DNA of 64,000 nt. Source: Felis catus (taxonomy: Eukaryota). Positions within the stretch are counted from its first letter, which is position 1; each line of letters opens with the position of its first letter. Positions 11,280-25,731 of the stretch are shown here, piece after piece. The notes below the pieces were generated by a model, which worked only from the letters and a program-made list of their open reading frames with translations, was not told where the DNA came from and did no database searches. The position numbers and the translations under genes are program-made. The stretch lies in the NCBI RefSeq assembly GCF_018350175.1, contig NC_058368.1, positions 203,052,001 through 203,116,000 of the forward strand, given 5' to 3'.

Positions 11280-11685
11280 TCTCTATGCTTTAGCACATTG
11301 CCTGAAATTTCTTCTCACCTCTATGATGTTTATTGACTCAATTCCCTTGTCCATGCTGCATTAGGGACTCATTTCTTTACCCACCGAATTCCTAGCCACA
11401 CTTGAAAGCTCAATCCTAACATCACCTGCTCCTGGAAGATTTTCTTTCACCTTTCCAAGAAGTGACTTTTCTTTATGAGTTAATACTTACCTATACATAT
11501 ACACATGTTGCTGCATTCACTATCTGAGTAACGAGTGGTTGTACATTTTTGCCTGCTAGATTTTTAGTTCCTTGAAGACAAGGACTGTGTTATATCCATC
11601 TCTCTATCTCCTGAGTCTAATATAGCACCTGAAATGCGATGGGCTCTGTAAGATGTGTTGATGAATTGATAAATGAGTGAATGAA
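11280..11685 (+). mobile_element. L2 3' end fragment
   Basis: 'gttccttgaagacaaggactgtgt...tagcacctg...tgttgatgaattgataaatgagtgaatgaa' terminus. Confidence 0.7.
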
Positions 11686-12129
11686 GAAAAAAAGATGGTC
11701 CAGAGAGTGAAGGCAACCTCAAAACGAAGGGAAAACATTCTGTGTAGCATATTTCTCAAACTGAAACATGTGCAAAGCCAGGGGAATACAGCAATGTAGC
11801 AAGGAGTCAATAAAACCACCTGAGAATTGGGAAGAAATGTGTTGTCATTGTTGATTTTGTATTTGTCTTTAATTTCTATGCTCTTAAAATTTTTTTTCAT
11901 GTGCGCGAAGAGCAAAATCCAGATAAGAGCAAGATTCACTTTTAATATTGGCTAATTTGGTATCTTTTCTTTCTTTCCCTCTTTCTTCTGACATTTCCTC
12001 TCCTTTCCTCTCCTCTCCTCCCCTTCTCTTCTCCCTCCCTCCCTCCGTCCATCCCCCCACCCACCCTCTTTCTGCCCCCCATAGCTTTGAAAGTAAAAAT
12101 GTTGATGCACAAAGAGTGATTATAATGTG

Positions 12130-12131
<2 letters not shown>

Positions 12132-12169
<38 letters not shown>
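12132..12169. repeat. (GT)n microsatellite
   Basis: Directly visible. Confidence 0.98.
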
Positions 12170-12171
<2 letters not shown>

Positions 12172-12556
12172 ATCAGAGAAGCTGAGATAATTGGTGATTT
12201 GTGCTATTGTCATGTCATAGTGAAGAGAATGAGGTATTACGTTTAGAACTAAATATGCTGGGCACATTAACATGGGCCTTCCAGCTTGCCCCAGCCTATT
12301 TAGCAAAGGAGATGGTGTCTGTGATTCCTTGGCATATCTCTGCAACTTGCAATTTAGCTATTTGAAAGTGATTTTGTCTCTTTTTTTCCTTCTGCTTCCC
12401 TCACACAAATGCGCGTGCACACACACATACGCGTGCACACACACACACTCACACAAATCATTTCAATGTTCTGCAGTTATGTTCACACAAGATTGTTTAG
12501 AAACACTGACATTCTAATTCCTTCCTGTATACTTTGCCTCCCGAACACTTCCTTTG

Positions 12557-12652
12557 TTTTTTTAAGTAAACTCTACCGCCAACGTGGGGCTCAAACTCAG
12601 CACCCAAAAGTCAAGAGTCTGTGCTCTACAGACTGAGCCAGATGGGTGCCCC
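12557..12652 (-). mobile_element. Short old carnivore tRNA-derived SINE
   Basis: About 95 bp; minus strand starts ggggcacccatctggctcagtctgtagagca and has a B-box-like gagtttgagcccc; TSD gaacacttcctttg / aaacatttcctttg. Confidence 0.85.
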
Positions 12653-14974
12653 TGAAACATTTCCTTTGCATCACAAAAGTAACAAACACTTTATTTGTGG
12701 TGTTTTATTATAATTAACATTTCAATTTAATTTCTAAGGTAACATAATGTTTAGTTGATTAAACTAATGTTCCAGAGTGAAGGTTAAAAAGAAACTTTGA
12801 GGCAAAAAAAAAGCCAGAGGATGGAAATTTGGAAACCTGAAATCAGAAAGGATTATGACAGATATAATGCTGATCACTGTTGGCCATGACATAGTGACCC
12901 ACAGAGTTTGATTATTCAGGAGACATTTCTTTCAAGGTAGACTGCATATATAAAAGAGTTTGCATTGAAAAGAAAATTGGAGACTAAGACTAAGGTTAAT
13001 GACCTCCTCTACAATCCTACTAATGTTAAAATGACTTTGACAAAAATTTTGATCAATACTGGAATATAACAGGATTTTCCCAGTTTTGGATCACTGAACT
13101 CACGTGCATTCTATAGAGGGGCCTGAAGTTGAAGCAGCAAAATTTTAAGTGTTATTCAGTAAAATCTCTGTCTTGTGGCTTGTGTGCCAAGTGGCACAAT
13201 TTGGAAGGAAGTTCATTCTCCTCACTTATGGGAACATGTTAGAGGAGAGAACTGACACGGCTGCCTAGGGTGCCGAGTCATCTAACCCACATCTGACCAG
13301 AGAAGGAGAGGGAGAGGCACTGGCCAGCTAGCGGCGTTGGTGGGAATGTGTGGCCCTGCCATCAAATAGGAGCTTTCACTGGATTGATTTGGAGCCTAAG
13401 TAGACAAAATGGTGATTACTCATGAAAATTGGGAAGAGATTTCCCAAGTTCACAACAAATGTGCCCAAATACCTAGACTCTTGTTGTCAGCGGAAGTAGC
13501 ATTCAGTGAATATATCTCAACCCCATTCCACAGATGGTAGTAACTCTGTTCCTCACAAGGTCTCCAGGGATTCAGGGGATGGAGGTAAACAGGCAGTGCT
13601 TAAAAGGGGAAGAATCTGCTTTCCCAGTCCACTCTGGTTCTGAACTCATCCTTCTACTGAACTCGTGAGAGTTTGGTGTTACCTCATCATCCTATGTGTG
13701 TACCTCACTTTTCAAATGATAGAACTCTACCAAGTGGTGTTTTGCCAAGAAACATTTATTTCAGAAATCTGTGTTTATGGCAGACTGTGCCAGAAGACAG
13801 CTTATACCTGTAGTTATGCACAAAACTTAAACATGAATGTTAGCTATATTCATGCTTGAACATCTCTAGACTATTGTCTTGTGCCGAGGCATCTAGTCTA
13901 TCTCCCATGGTGCCCTCTCCACTTGGACCCTCCTTGAGGGCCTAGATCTTCCCACAGAACGGCCATTAAAGTTGTGTTATCCAACAAAGCTCTACATAGT
14001 AGAAACACTGGATAAGTCATTTTAAAGTTACATAAAATTGGGGGGTTGTGGAAATATTTTTAAAGTATTTTGTAAACTACATCCGCAGTTTTAGACTGTG
14101 CAAATATCTTTTGTAATTTGATAAATGCTAAAAATCTATTTAAACAGAGGCTTAAAGAGAATTCATTCAATCTCTACAAACTCTTTGTAATTGCCATTGG
14201 GACAAAGAGAACAAGATGACAACTTTCTTACATCAATTTCTGTGAAGGCAATCATCAAGGGATGTTAAAAACAAAAGCGTAGAAAGAAAACATCATTTTT
14301 AACAAGAAACATTCCAGTGAAGATAAACCATTCTGAGACATAACAAATAAGGGATAATTTATCACCAACCTCATTATCAACAAATATTCACTAAGCCCAT
14401 CTATGGTGTGCAAATGCTTTGTACAAGATTCTTTTAGTTTCTTGGCAGTCTAAAACCCCTGAAGACCCTAAAAAGAAGGAAAGATTTATAAATATCTAAG
14501 AAACAGAAAGAGGTTATTATTGATTTAGAAATTTAACATTTAGCACTTTAAGTAGGCCACAACTATTTCTGGCATACATATAGTGTGGTATGCATTAAAA
14601 AAATGAATAAAAATGTAAAAGGCAGTAAGTTTCCTAAGGTTATTATTTACATAACAAGCCTTAGCCAAATTTGTATATATACAAATATATAGTATTTGTA
14701 TATTTTTCAGTATTTGTACAGTATTTTTTATTCACTGTAAAGTGGAACATAGGCCTAGTACTGTGCTTGGTTAATGATGGAGGAGAGTTAAGGTCTCAAA
14801 ATAGAATCTTTTCTTTTTTTTTTTGAAGTGGTACTCATGCAGCAAAACTGAATTATAGAGTTTGTTACACCCAAATTGACCACATTTTTATCAAATATTC
14901 CCTCTGTGTTATATTACAAAGGCCTAACTTGGTATTGACTCGAAATTGTAGTTGAAATAATATTGAAAAAGAAA

Positions 14975-15125
14975 GATCACTACATTTGGAATTAGCTCTC
15001 AGTTCTAGTTCTTGTGTCTATTCATGCAGCCAGTATTAGCTTAGGTGGATAAATCCCCTTAATTTCTTTGATCCTTAGTTTCTCATCCAGAAAATGAGGG
15101 GGTGAATTGCATTATTGTTGAGTGA
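14975..15125 (+). mobile_element. MIR fragment
   Basis: 'cttaatttctttgatccttagtttctcatccagaaaatgagggg' MIR core. Confidence 0.55.
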
Positions 15126-15520
15126 CAGTGCATAGGGAATGGCCCTTTCAAAGAGACCTGAAATTGATGTGTGATCAGGATCTTTAACTTTCAAATGTTG
15201 TAAATAATTTGGACTTGCTGTGTCCTACATCTTGATACTTATTTTGCTTCTTTGGTTTTTTTGCCCTTGGGCCTCACATTGATCCTAATTAGATTTGGAT
15301 TTTTATCTTAACCCAGGAAGGTAATGATAGCTCTTCTCCCAAACCTTATGTTGCCAACAGTCTAAGCCCTCTTAGTCTGTCATCAGAGCCCCCACATCTT
15401 TTCTATCCTCCAGTTTAGGTACAGGTTTGCAGTTTTATGTTTCTCTCTGATATATCATCAGCTCGCATTAGAATTAGCAGATCCAGAGATAATATCATAT
15501 GTAAGCCTCCTCCTATTCTA

Positions 15521-15570
15521 TTTTTCTTTTCTTTTCTTTTCTTTTCTTTTCTTTTCTTTTCTTTTTTTTC
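15521..15570. repeat. (TTTTC)n repeat
   Basis: Directly visible. Confidence 0.95.
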
Positions 15571-16069
15571 TAGGTGGGGAGGGATGTTCCATAGACCTAG
15601 AGTACCTAATGCAAAATAAGATTGGAGATTACAAAATAAACACTTCACTGTTCTTGTTGACACTATACCTATGAATCAGCCCAGCCTCCAACTCTCTAAG
15701 ATACTCATGGTCAGTAAGGGCTAACAAAGAATATTTCAGCTCTATTCATGTAGAGCACCTGTTTGGCTTCACTTTGGATTTTAATCATGTTCTCTCTGAC
15801 TTTGGATTCTTGATTTCCTGAATTTAATCCCCAGTTTTTTCCATGATTTTGAATTGGCCTCCTCCTTTTGTTGTCCCTAAATTCTTTTGAGTCTCTTTCT
15901 AAAATGCAAATTCTTATACTAATATAGATAATCTTACGTGGATTAGGACTGTACATCATCATGCAATGCAAACACACACCCAAATGACATGCAATACATA
16001 TTAGCTACACTGAGTCTCTACTCCCCAAACAAATAATGCAGCTATTTCTGAATGAGAGCACATGGTCAA

Positions 16070-16872
16070 AACGTAAAGGCAAGCACATGAAAAGTGTCTC
16101 AACATTACTAGACATCAGGAATATGAAAATCAAAACCACAGTGAGATACCACTTCATATTCAGTGGTTGCCTATAAATAAAAGGCAAAGAGTAATATAAG
16201 TTGGTAAGATTGCGAAGAGATTGGAACCTTCACACACTGCAAGTGGGGATGTAAAATGGTGCAGCAACTTTAGAAAACACCCTGGTAGTTCCTCAAAAGA
16301 TTAAACACAGAGTTGCCATATCATCCATTAATTCCACTCCTAGAGAAATGAAAATATATATCCACACAAAAACATGTACACTTATGTTGATAACAGCATT
16401 TTTCGTAACAGCCCCAAATGGAAACACCCAAATGTCCATCAGTGGGTGAATGGATAAATAAAATGTGACATATCCATACTGTGAGATATTATTTGGCAAT
16501 AAAAAAAGGAAGTACTGATACATGCTACAACATGGATGAACCTTGAAAACATATGCTAAGTGAAAGAAGCCAGTCCCCACAGACCATATATTGAGTGATT
16601 CCATGTAAATGACAAGTCCAGAATAGACAAATCAAGATGGAAGATAGATTCATAGTTGTCTAGAGTTGGAAAGGAATGGTTTGGAGGGAAATAAAGAGTG
16701 ACTGACCCCAAATACGCGGTTTCTTTTTGGGTGATGCAAATGTCCTAAAATTGATGGTGAAGGTTGCCAAACTGTGAATTTGCTAAAATCCATTGAATTG
16801 TGTACTGTAAATGGTTGCATTGTATGGTATGTGAATTATAACTCTATAAAGCTGTTATATATAAAAATAAAA
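16070..16872 (+). mobile_element. L1MB-type 3' fragment (end of ORF2 plus 3' UTR)
   Basis: 'aaatcaaaaccacagtgagataccact', 'tatatccacacaaaaacatgtac', 'acaacatggatgaaccttgaaaacatatgctaagtgaaagaagccag', ending ataaagctgtt plus A-rich tail. Confidence 0.92.
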
Positions 16873-18894
16873 GTAAAGACAAGTGAAAATCTGGAAAACA
16901 AGTTCTTAGTAATTTCTTCTTTGTCTTACTTGGATTTGGAGATATCAATAAATTCTAAACCAGCACTCTTAATTCTCAATGCTTATATGAAACAAACCTC
17001 AGATTCTTGGCAAATTCTACAAAGATGAAAGGCAATGAAGTGATCCCTTGCCTAATTATTTCATTTTAGAAAGGGCAGCACTCACTGAAGCCTGACAGTG
17101 AAAAGTGAAATGATCCAACATGCTATTTTTTTCCACAATTGCAAAGAATGAAAACAAACAACTACTTATTTCCTCCAGACCCAGAGTTGCCAATTTACGC
17201 ACAAAGAGAACTATAATGTTGTGGCAGCTATGCTATAAATGCAAGTGGGAAATTTGAAATTTGTGCTCTAGAAAATATTCACAAAAATGCATAAAGTGAA
17301 ATTACGCCTCCCAAGATTAGCTAATGAGCAATCAGTGAATGAGATCCTTTCCAGGGGAGGAATCTTTCTCACCCAAATGTTTGTGCAGTGTCCAGAATAC
17401 CTCAGCATATCTGACAACCTCAATCAAAGATTTTGAGGCTTAGAAAAATTTTCTGCAAAGTTTAGGCCAAAATGCAAGCTAAGAGTGGCTGATATTTTTA
17501 GAGTCTAAATACAACCACAACTTTCAACCTCTATATAATTTTTTGTTGTTTTATATTCCTATAGTAAGCAGTAACATAGGTACTTTGTGATGGCTGCAAT
17601 TTTTCTTTCATAAACTTTTCATGATTTTAACTTTGACAATGCTTCTATGTGAATCAATTTTCCTATGTGAAAAATATATTATAATAATAATACATCCCAA
17701 GTTCATTGTCAGGAAAGTAACAGAGGTTGATCAAGAATGTTTGCAAATCATTTGAAAATATCAAGTATTTGGCAATACAGCCTAGATTATCATAGAATAG
17801 GCAAATAAGTACCACCTAGGTCAAGGATCTATATGTAGGAGTACCTATTATCATATTTTAACTTGAGATATTGTTACAGTAATAAAATGTTAATTAAAAT
17901 GATAAAATTATTTGCTAAAAACAGCATAAGCCACACAAGAAAAAAATCATCGGCCATTGAGCATATGTTAGCTTATACATAATTATAATCAATGAAACTC
18001 AATATTACACAAATATATTTTGATACTAATTTGTGGATTTTCCTTGATGAGGACCTGGTACGAATGTCTGGAACCAGTCTCTCTTCCCATATTTTGCCAA
18101 TCTACTTTTTATCCCATGCCCACTGGTGCCTTACCCTCCCTATCTGTTTTTGATGGGTTCTTCTTCAGTTGCAACTCATTACTATTTGTAGAAAGTCATT
18201 AGTCTTCATAAATTGATTTCTGTGCTTTATTTTTTCCAAGCTTTTCCCTTTGGTCAAAAGATTTGCTTTCTAGACTGATAGTGAATTCTACCATTGCTCA
18301 GTACCATGAAACTACTTGTGCTAAATTCTAAATATTCCCTCAGCAGCAACAGCTGTCCATTTACGATACTTGCCGAAACCAAGTTAGTAAACAAAACCAA
18401 TGGTAACTTCTCAGATTTAGTGACTCGACCTTTGCACTCAATTTCAAATTGGCTGTACTGTTATGAAAGTCATCAATATACTAAAGTTTCTGGACTCTAA
18501 CAGCATTTCTGTTGAGATCCTCTAATCAAGAGGGAGACTGAACAGGAGTCCTTCTTACCATATGCTCTAATGAGATGCAACAAATTTATTTAGCACCCAC
18601 CATGCAGCCTGGGCAAGGCTTGAAGAAGCCTTCCTAGGTGCCAAGGTTTAAGCTGTAGGGGGTTATATATTTCCTGCTGCTTGATATCCAGATTTCTGTA
18701 CATTCCTAGGGCACACTGCCTTCCCAACACAGACCATGATATTCAGTCACCCTTCACAGCATGGTTCTCCGGTCTTGTCTCTGGGAGTTAAAGTCATTTG
18801 TATCATAATCAATGGTCATAACTTACAGTTGCTAAAAAAGACCAAAAAAACTAATGACTTCTGTTTACATATTAATAAACAGGCAAACAGCATA

Positions 18895-19125
18895 ATAATC
18901 ATCATACTTACTGTATGTGTGCACTTGGGCTGAAACTAAGATAAGCATTTATGTAATTATCTCATTTATTTTCAGAAGGATTATTTTAAGAAGATATTAT
19001 TATTAGTCTTATTTTATAGTTGAGAAAAGTTAAATTTAATAAGGTAAAGTAACATGCCCAAGATGACACAGCTAAAAAGTGCCATAAGCAGCTTTTCAGT
19101 CCGAGACCTACCTCATACTTAACAC
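18895..19125 (-). mobile_element. MIR
   Basis: 'attttatagttgagaaaagttaa...aaggtaaagtaacatgcccaagatgacacagct' antisense MIR core. Confidence 0.7.
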
Positions 19126-19192
19126 TTTCTCCTTTGAATCACTTTAGAGGTATATGTATGCAGTACATATGTATGTGTATAATATATATACA

Positions 19193-19213
19193 TGTGTGTG
19201 TGTGTGTGTGTGT
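19193..19213. repeat. (TG)n microsatellite
   Basis: Directly visible. Confidence 0.9.
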
Positions 19214-22023
19214 AATAAATGGCTTATGACTATTAGGTCATGATGAGAATAACTAATTATAAGAAAATATATTTTTAAGCAGTGTTGCTTAATAAGGTAT
19301 TCAAGATAAATGACAGAAAGTCTTAAGCAATAAATGCTTCTCTCTCAGAGAGAGAACCACTCTTTTTTAACCACTTAGTTCTCTGTAACTTCAACAAGTG
19401 TAAAATAATTTTAATGGTGTCTTACAGAAGAGCAATGATTTTAGACATTATGGGGAAAAGAATGGAAATTTTCAAGCTGCATGGAAGAACTTCATATAGG
19501 ATTGCAAAAGGCCATGCCGGTTCCCTTAGCTTTTCCATCTTTTTTTTTTTTTCATAAACTAAAAGATTGGAAACACAGCTGTGCCCTCTCTAGGGGTTTG
19601 TAACTTGGCTCTCTGCAAGTACATTTTTGATTTACTAGTTGAAGTTTTTATCTCTTTTGTGATTTCTTTAGACTACAACATATTCATCATTAAAAGAAAA
19701 AGATGATACTTGAGAAGACAGAAATAAACGAATAGTTGACTTCCAGTTCTTCTTTGGTATTTGACATTGAATCGAATTCAAAGTTTAAACGTTACAAGGT
19801 GCATCCTTGTTGAGAAGAAAAGAGTGAAATCCTGTGTGTCTTGGGTTGATGTGACTTTTTTTTTCCCAAAGAGCACTCGGTCTTAAAAGTTTAAAACAAT
19901 GAGGAATCAACAGAAGACAAATGATCATCACACACACATGCGTGCACACACACAGTCTATTGATATGTATTTACTGACACTTCTGAAGACTGAATTTAGA
20001 GCTATATGAACAATTCTGTTCTACTCAATTAATTTTTTGTTTAAAAACAAATAATTTTAACCAAAACACCAATAGATCAAAAACAGTAAGAAGTTTTCCC
20101 AAGTCTTTACTCTGCACATAAATGTTCTGGACCCATATTATTTTAACAAATTGATCTATTGTGGGAGACCCTAAACTATCAGTATGCATATAAACTAATA
20201 TCTTAAACTAAGTTTTTCTTTGTAATACTCAGGACACTCTATCCTGCGGGCACAGAGCAGGGGCCCCTTTGCCAGAGTCTAAGGGTGGAATTTCTCCCAG
20301 TAATCTAATGAAGTCAGTACTATCCCTATCCTCGTCTGAAGATATGAAGAAATGGACACATAACAGTTTATCTTACCCAAGTATGGTCAGCTAATATGTG
20401 GTAGAGCCAGATCCAAACGAATCTAGTTAAATCTAGGAAACCAAGACTGAAAAACTGCACGGAGTACTATGACCCTTTTAGGACTACTGATGCCGAAGTT
20501 ATTTGTTGCTTCCCTAGAGACCTCAGAGCTCTTCAATCTTCAACTCTGTCCTCTGCTGAGAGAGAGTTGATTGATGTCCTGTTGCTTTATCTAACCTCCT
20601 GAAAGATCTTTACTCTGAACTTCTTCTGTATTTATTATATTTATTGCTTTCTTTTTTCCTTCCCTTCCCTTCTCTTCCTTTTCTTCCCTGTGATTACATT
20701 CATTGGTCTTCAGTCAATCCCACCAATTATTGTGTTTCAGATTATGCAATGCTAAATAAAAAATATTTTTTATTCTATTTGTCATTGTTCTTCATGAAGA
20801 CACAGATTTTACATCAACAAATTGAATCATATAACTGTTAAATTATGGAAATCACAATATTACTTTGACGAGTTATTTTTTAGTTTTATTTTTCTGTCTT
20901 GCCACATTTTAACCATTCATGGAAAACAGGAAGACTTAAATGTGTAGCATGTGATTAAACTTTGTAGTCACTTTAGATTCTGATGAAAGTTTCCACATCA
21001 ACAAAGCTACTCATCCAATTATTCAGGTTTCATTTTTGCTTACAAAAAGAAAGTACATATTGATTCTCATTGTCTTTGAAAACTGAGTGGTGAACAGAAG
21101 TGTTGTGGATTTTTTTCTGTGTGTATAAAAGTATTTTAATTTTTCTTTTATAAAACAACTCTCTCCTATTTCTATGACCAAGTATTAATGAGTGTTATAG
21201 TTCCAGTGAAAGAGGGCAGTGCTGTGAGGGATACTCATAAAAATAATGGAACAAACTCCATAACCCACTGCAAGTTATTTAATTACTTTATAGTTTTAAA
21301 GAGAAATTTCTTAAAATTCTGTTTGCAATTACTTCAGAATGAGTGGTGAGTAAAATAAACTAGTGTCAGCCTATGTAGGGAAAACTTTTTAAATTGTATT
21401 TTTATGATTATGTTACCATCATGAGGAAAAAAGCAAGTCATACTATGCAGATTTTGACTGAGAACACACTATACATAAGAAATAAATTTGTGTTAGTGAG
21501 ATCCTTGAGTATCAGTTAAACTTTTTTCCTTTGTAAAATAAAGCAACTGAGCTAATATTAATTACTCCCATTGATCTTAGTGTCTTATGGGAAAAGGAGT
21601 GTATGAGAAGTATGTTCATACCTTCCATGTAACAATCTGGGAAGGGAGAGATCAATAGGGTGCTTATCTTATAATCTTCAATACACTCTTACATTGAAAT
21701 AAGATGGAAGAAACACTAAAAGAGAACTGATACTCTATTGTGGTTTAGAACAGATACTGTATATAACTTCCTTATTTACTTAAGTGCTTTGAAGTGGAGA
21801 TCAATTCTCCACCACAATGGAAAAAGCACCAAATGGGGGCCAACTAAAGCCAAAGATGGCCCTAAAGTGGGTTATTAAGATCATCTCCTTCATAAGCTAC
21901 ATGCATCCCAATGGAGTTTCTTAGACTTTTCCACTTGAAGATCATGGATGGGAGAATGCTAGGGTGAGGAGAATGGACAGGCATTTCATTACTTCCCTTT
22001 ATTAAAAAAAAAAAATCTGTTGT

Positions 22024-22246
22024 AGGAGCACCTGGGTGGCTCAGTCAGTTAAGCATCTGACTCCTGATTCCAGCTCAGGTCATGATCTCACAGTTCATGA
22101 GTTCGAGCCCCACGTTGGGCTCTGCGCTGATAATGCAGAGCCTGCTCAGGATTCTCTGTCTCCCTCTCTCTGCCTCTCCCCTGCTCACGCTCTCTCTCTC
22201 TCACTCAAAAATAATAAACATTTTTTAAAAAAAGAAGTGCTTAAAA

Positions 22247-22283
<37 letters not shown>
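22024..22283 (+). mobile_element. Can-SINE with (AAAT)n tail
   Basis: Head aggagcacctgggtggctcag; TSD aaatctgttgt (22013-22023) / aaatctcttgt (22284-22294). Confidence 0.95.
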
Positions 22284-22285
<2 letters not shown>

Positions 22286-22334
22286 ATCTCTTGTCCCCAT
22301 AAAATATAAAATAGGTGTACATATGTGCACACGT

Positions 22335-22338
<4 letters not shown>

Positions 22339-22369
<31 letters not shown>
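22339..22369. repeat. (AC)n microsatellite
   Basis: Directly visible. Confidence 0.97.
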
Positions 22370-22371
<2 letters not shown>

Positions 22372-22823
22372 TTCTAAAGGTGATTGATTCTAAAAGCCAT
22401 GTAGACAGGCTAAGAAGTAATTTTGATGAAATGGTTCCCTCCCCTAAAATTTTTATAGCTAATAACATTATTGAGCAACTATCCTATCATTCCTTCACAA
22501 AAATATATAAAATGTCTCTTCAATTTTCAGAAATTCAGAATTCTGTTCACACTTTGTGTCTATATAGTATATCAAATCACATATTTCTTTGGCTTTTTGA
22601 AAAGAGTCTTTAGCATCAAAGATTTATTTCTTCTTCAGTAAGTAGCAATAAGGAGATGATAAAGATCCCAAAACAAAGTGTTGGATTCTATTTCTCTTGA
22701 TTAGACAGCACAAGAGCAGAAGGAATTGTGCTTTCATTGGCTGATGATAACTATAAATGATAGTAAAGCTAGATATTAAATATGGAATGTATATTATGCT
22801 GGATGCTTTATGCATCATCTCTT

Positions 22824-23037
22824 CTTTTTTTTTTTAATTTTTAATGCTTATTTATTTTTGAGAGAGAGAGCACGAGCGGGGCAGAGGCAGAGAGAGAGGG
22901 AGACACAGAATCCAAAGCAGGCTCCAGACTCTGAGCTGTCAGCACAAAGCCTAATGTGGGACTCAAACCCATGAACAGTGAGGTCATGACCTGAGCTGAA
23001 GTCAGATGTTTAACCGACTGAGCCACCCACGTGCCCC
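22824..23037 (-). mobile_element. Can-SINE
   Basis: Complete element; TSD tgcatcatctctt (22811-22823) / tgtatcatctctt (23038-23050). Confidence 0.96.
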
Positions 23038-23065
23038 TGTATCATCTCTTTAAATCCCCACCAAA

Positions 23066-23300
23066 CAGTATGGTGGTTAGAGACTCTGGAGCTAGACTAA
23101 CCAGGTTTTAATTCTGATATCACCCTATCATGAACTGTGTGCCACTGAATGGGCTACTTAACTTTCTGTGACTCAGTTTTTCCATCTGTAAAATGCTGGT
23201 GTACTAATAGTATCTACTGCATAGATTATGCAGTAGGGTTATTATGAAGATCCTGGATTGGTATTTGCAAAGTCAATCCCTGGCATATAGTAATACACAG
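23066..23300 (+). mobile_element. MIR
   Basis: 'ctacttaactttctgtgactcagtttttccatctgtaaaatg' core; 3' end 'cctggcatatagtaa'. Confidence 0.8.
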
Positions 23301-24845
23301 AGTATAAAACCCTACAAGGCTGGAAATGCTTTCCCTATTTCAGATGAAGAAACTGAACCTCAGAGAGGCTTACTGATTTTCTTAGATTTTCTTAAGGGCC
23401 TGGGTTTGGTAGCAAGACTGGACATGAAGAGATTTCTGTAACAGACATTGCCAAGTCAGACTTATTAGTTATACTTATAGGAGTTTATAGGACTTAGCAA
23501 CTGTTTAAACTTGGGGAGTAAAACACTTCTGAGTATGGCCGCACTCAACAAGAAAGCTAAAAACAAAACGCCATCTGTTACTTTTTGTTGAACCAAGGTG
23601 ACAAGTTGCCGGCCACTTTCACAATGGCTTTTAGAACCAAACACCTGAAAAGCTTAGATGTATTTAGGTCGCTGTACTTCCATCTTGAACATTAATCTGT
23701 TTTTCACTCAGTCCTTTTTACAGAATGCAACATAAGTAAGGAGCATAACAATAAACATGAAGTTGTTCATAAAGATCAATGTGTTCTGTCATATCGTTTG
23801 CAGGGATAATTTTGTGTGAGTTTGCCCCTCTACCCCTGAAATCTGTACAATCACAATTGAAGCAAACATTCTTAAAAGTCAACGCTCCTGTGAAGCTAAA
23901 AAGCAATTCAGAAAGGGCTTCCCAGGAGCGCATTCTGCAATTTGGGGAGGAGTGAGTATCTTTTTACAAAATCGCTTTTGTAAGCCTACATGTTTTATAC
24001 TATTGAGTCTCGGTGTATAAGAAAAAGGTGGTGTGTTGAAGAGTTTGCCTGCTTTTGTTTACTCCTCATTTATGTGGTGTAGTAACAGAATCAGCCAAAG
24101 GAATTTCAATTAATTCAAAGGCGTCTAATAATAAAGCTGTTGTTATGTGAAAGAAACTAGGCATTATGGCAGCAACTAAATGCCTTGAGCATCAGGAATA
24201 TTTCAGGTTTCTAGAGAAAGCCAAAACATCACAAGGGCTTCATTCTGCCCTCTGCCTTCAGCCCCCACTGATCTTAATGGCTCTCAAACACAGACATCCA
24301 AGATTTTTGTCCCATGTAGGGGATGAGCAGCCAAGTGGCTTTTTGATGGGTCTCTGTGTGGCATCCATGAGGAGGGGAAAGGGGATGATGACTCAGAACA
24401 TGACCAACTGAAACGCCAATTTTATACGAGTTTTGTATTTTTTAGAAAGCCTTTCTTAAGCACACTTAGGTGGTCTAATTTATAAAACAGCTTTGTCTTC
24501 TATTACTGAGTAATCCTACAAATGGGAAAGGCACCTAATAAACTACAGAGTGACTTAAATGGAGTTTAACCCTCATAAGTTCCTGATGTCTCAATAAATT
24601 AAATCATCAGAAGCTTATTTGCCTCAAATGTTCAGTTACTTTGTTCAATGGGTCTAAACAAGTCAGAGGTAGAGAACTGAGGGCTGGATGACAGGGCACA
24701 GCATTAAGTATTAGAGGAGATAGGGAGACATCGCTAATTGAATCTTTGATTGAAAGACTAAATTTTCCTGAAAATCAATCCATGGGAACCATTTCCATGG
24801 GGGATTTCCACTATATGGCATTTGAGCACAAAAAGGATGAAGGAC

Positions 24846-24979
24846 AGATGCCTGGGTGGCTCATTTGGTTAAGTGTCCGACTTCAGCTGAGGTCATGATC
24901 TCATGGTTCTTGAGTTCGAGCCCCGTGTTGAGCTCTGGGCTGACAGCTCAGAGCCTGGAGCCTGCTTCAGATTCTGTGT

Positions 24980-25022
<43 letters not shown>

Positions 25023-25086
25023 CCTTCCCCCACTCAATTCTGTCTTTCTCTCTCAAAAATAAATAAACATTAAAAAAATTCTTTTT
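24846..25086 (+). mobile_element. Can-SINE
   Basis: gcctgggtggctca head, expanded (CT)n, aaaaataaataaacattaaaaaaa tail. Confidence 0.95.
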
Positions 25087-25517
25087 AAATGATGAAACAG
25101 TACAATGATGGAAACAATAGCAATGGTAAATTGGTATTTTCATTACTTTTTTGGGTTATAAAGAAATATATATTGATTATAAAACAAATCTGGAAATTAG
25201 AGAAAGCCATTAAGAGAAAAATAGAAGTCCAATTCCTTAGAGAGTAATATTTATTGTCCTATTACAAATATAATATATACTTCAATATAAAAATAACTTT
25301 GAAGCTGAAGAAAATAATGAAAAACGTTATTCATGATCCTCATATCAAGGATTAACTAGTCACTCTTGACTGATCAGTTGATGTGATGAACTTTGTTACA
25401 TTAAGGACATTTAAAACTTAATAATTTTTGTAAAATCAACTTAAAATACTAGATTTAAACAAGCCCAGCCTAATTAATACCAAGGTAAGATGATCATGCA
25501 ATCATTTCACATTTTAA

Positions 25518-25731
25518 TTTTTTTTTTCCAACATTTATTTATTTTTGGGACAGAGAGAGACAGAGCATGAACGGGGGAGGGGCAGAGAGAGAGGGAGACA
25601 CAGAATCGGAAACAGGCTCCAGGCTCTGAGCCATGAGCCCAGAGCCCGACGCGGGGCTCGAACTCACGTACCGCGAGATCGTGACCTGGCTGAAGTCGGA
25701 CGCTCAACCGACTGCGCCACCCAGGTGCCCC
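25518..25731 (-). mobile_element. Young SINEC_Fc
   Basis: Perfect 15-bp TSD catttcacattttaa (25503-25517 / 25732-25746); CpGs largely intact. Confidence 0.98.
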
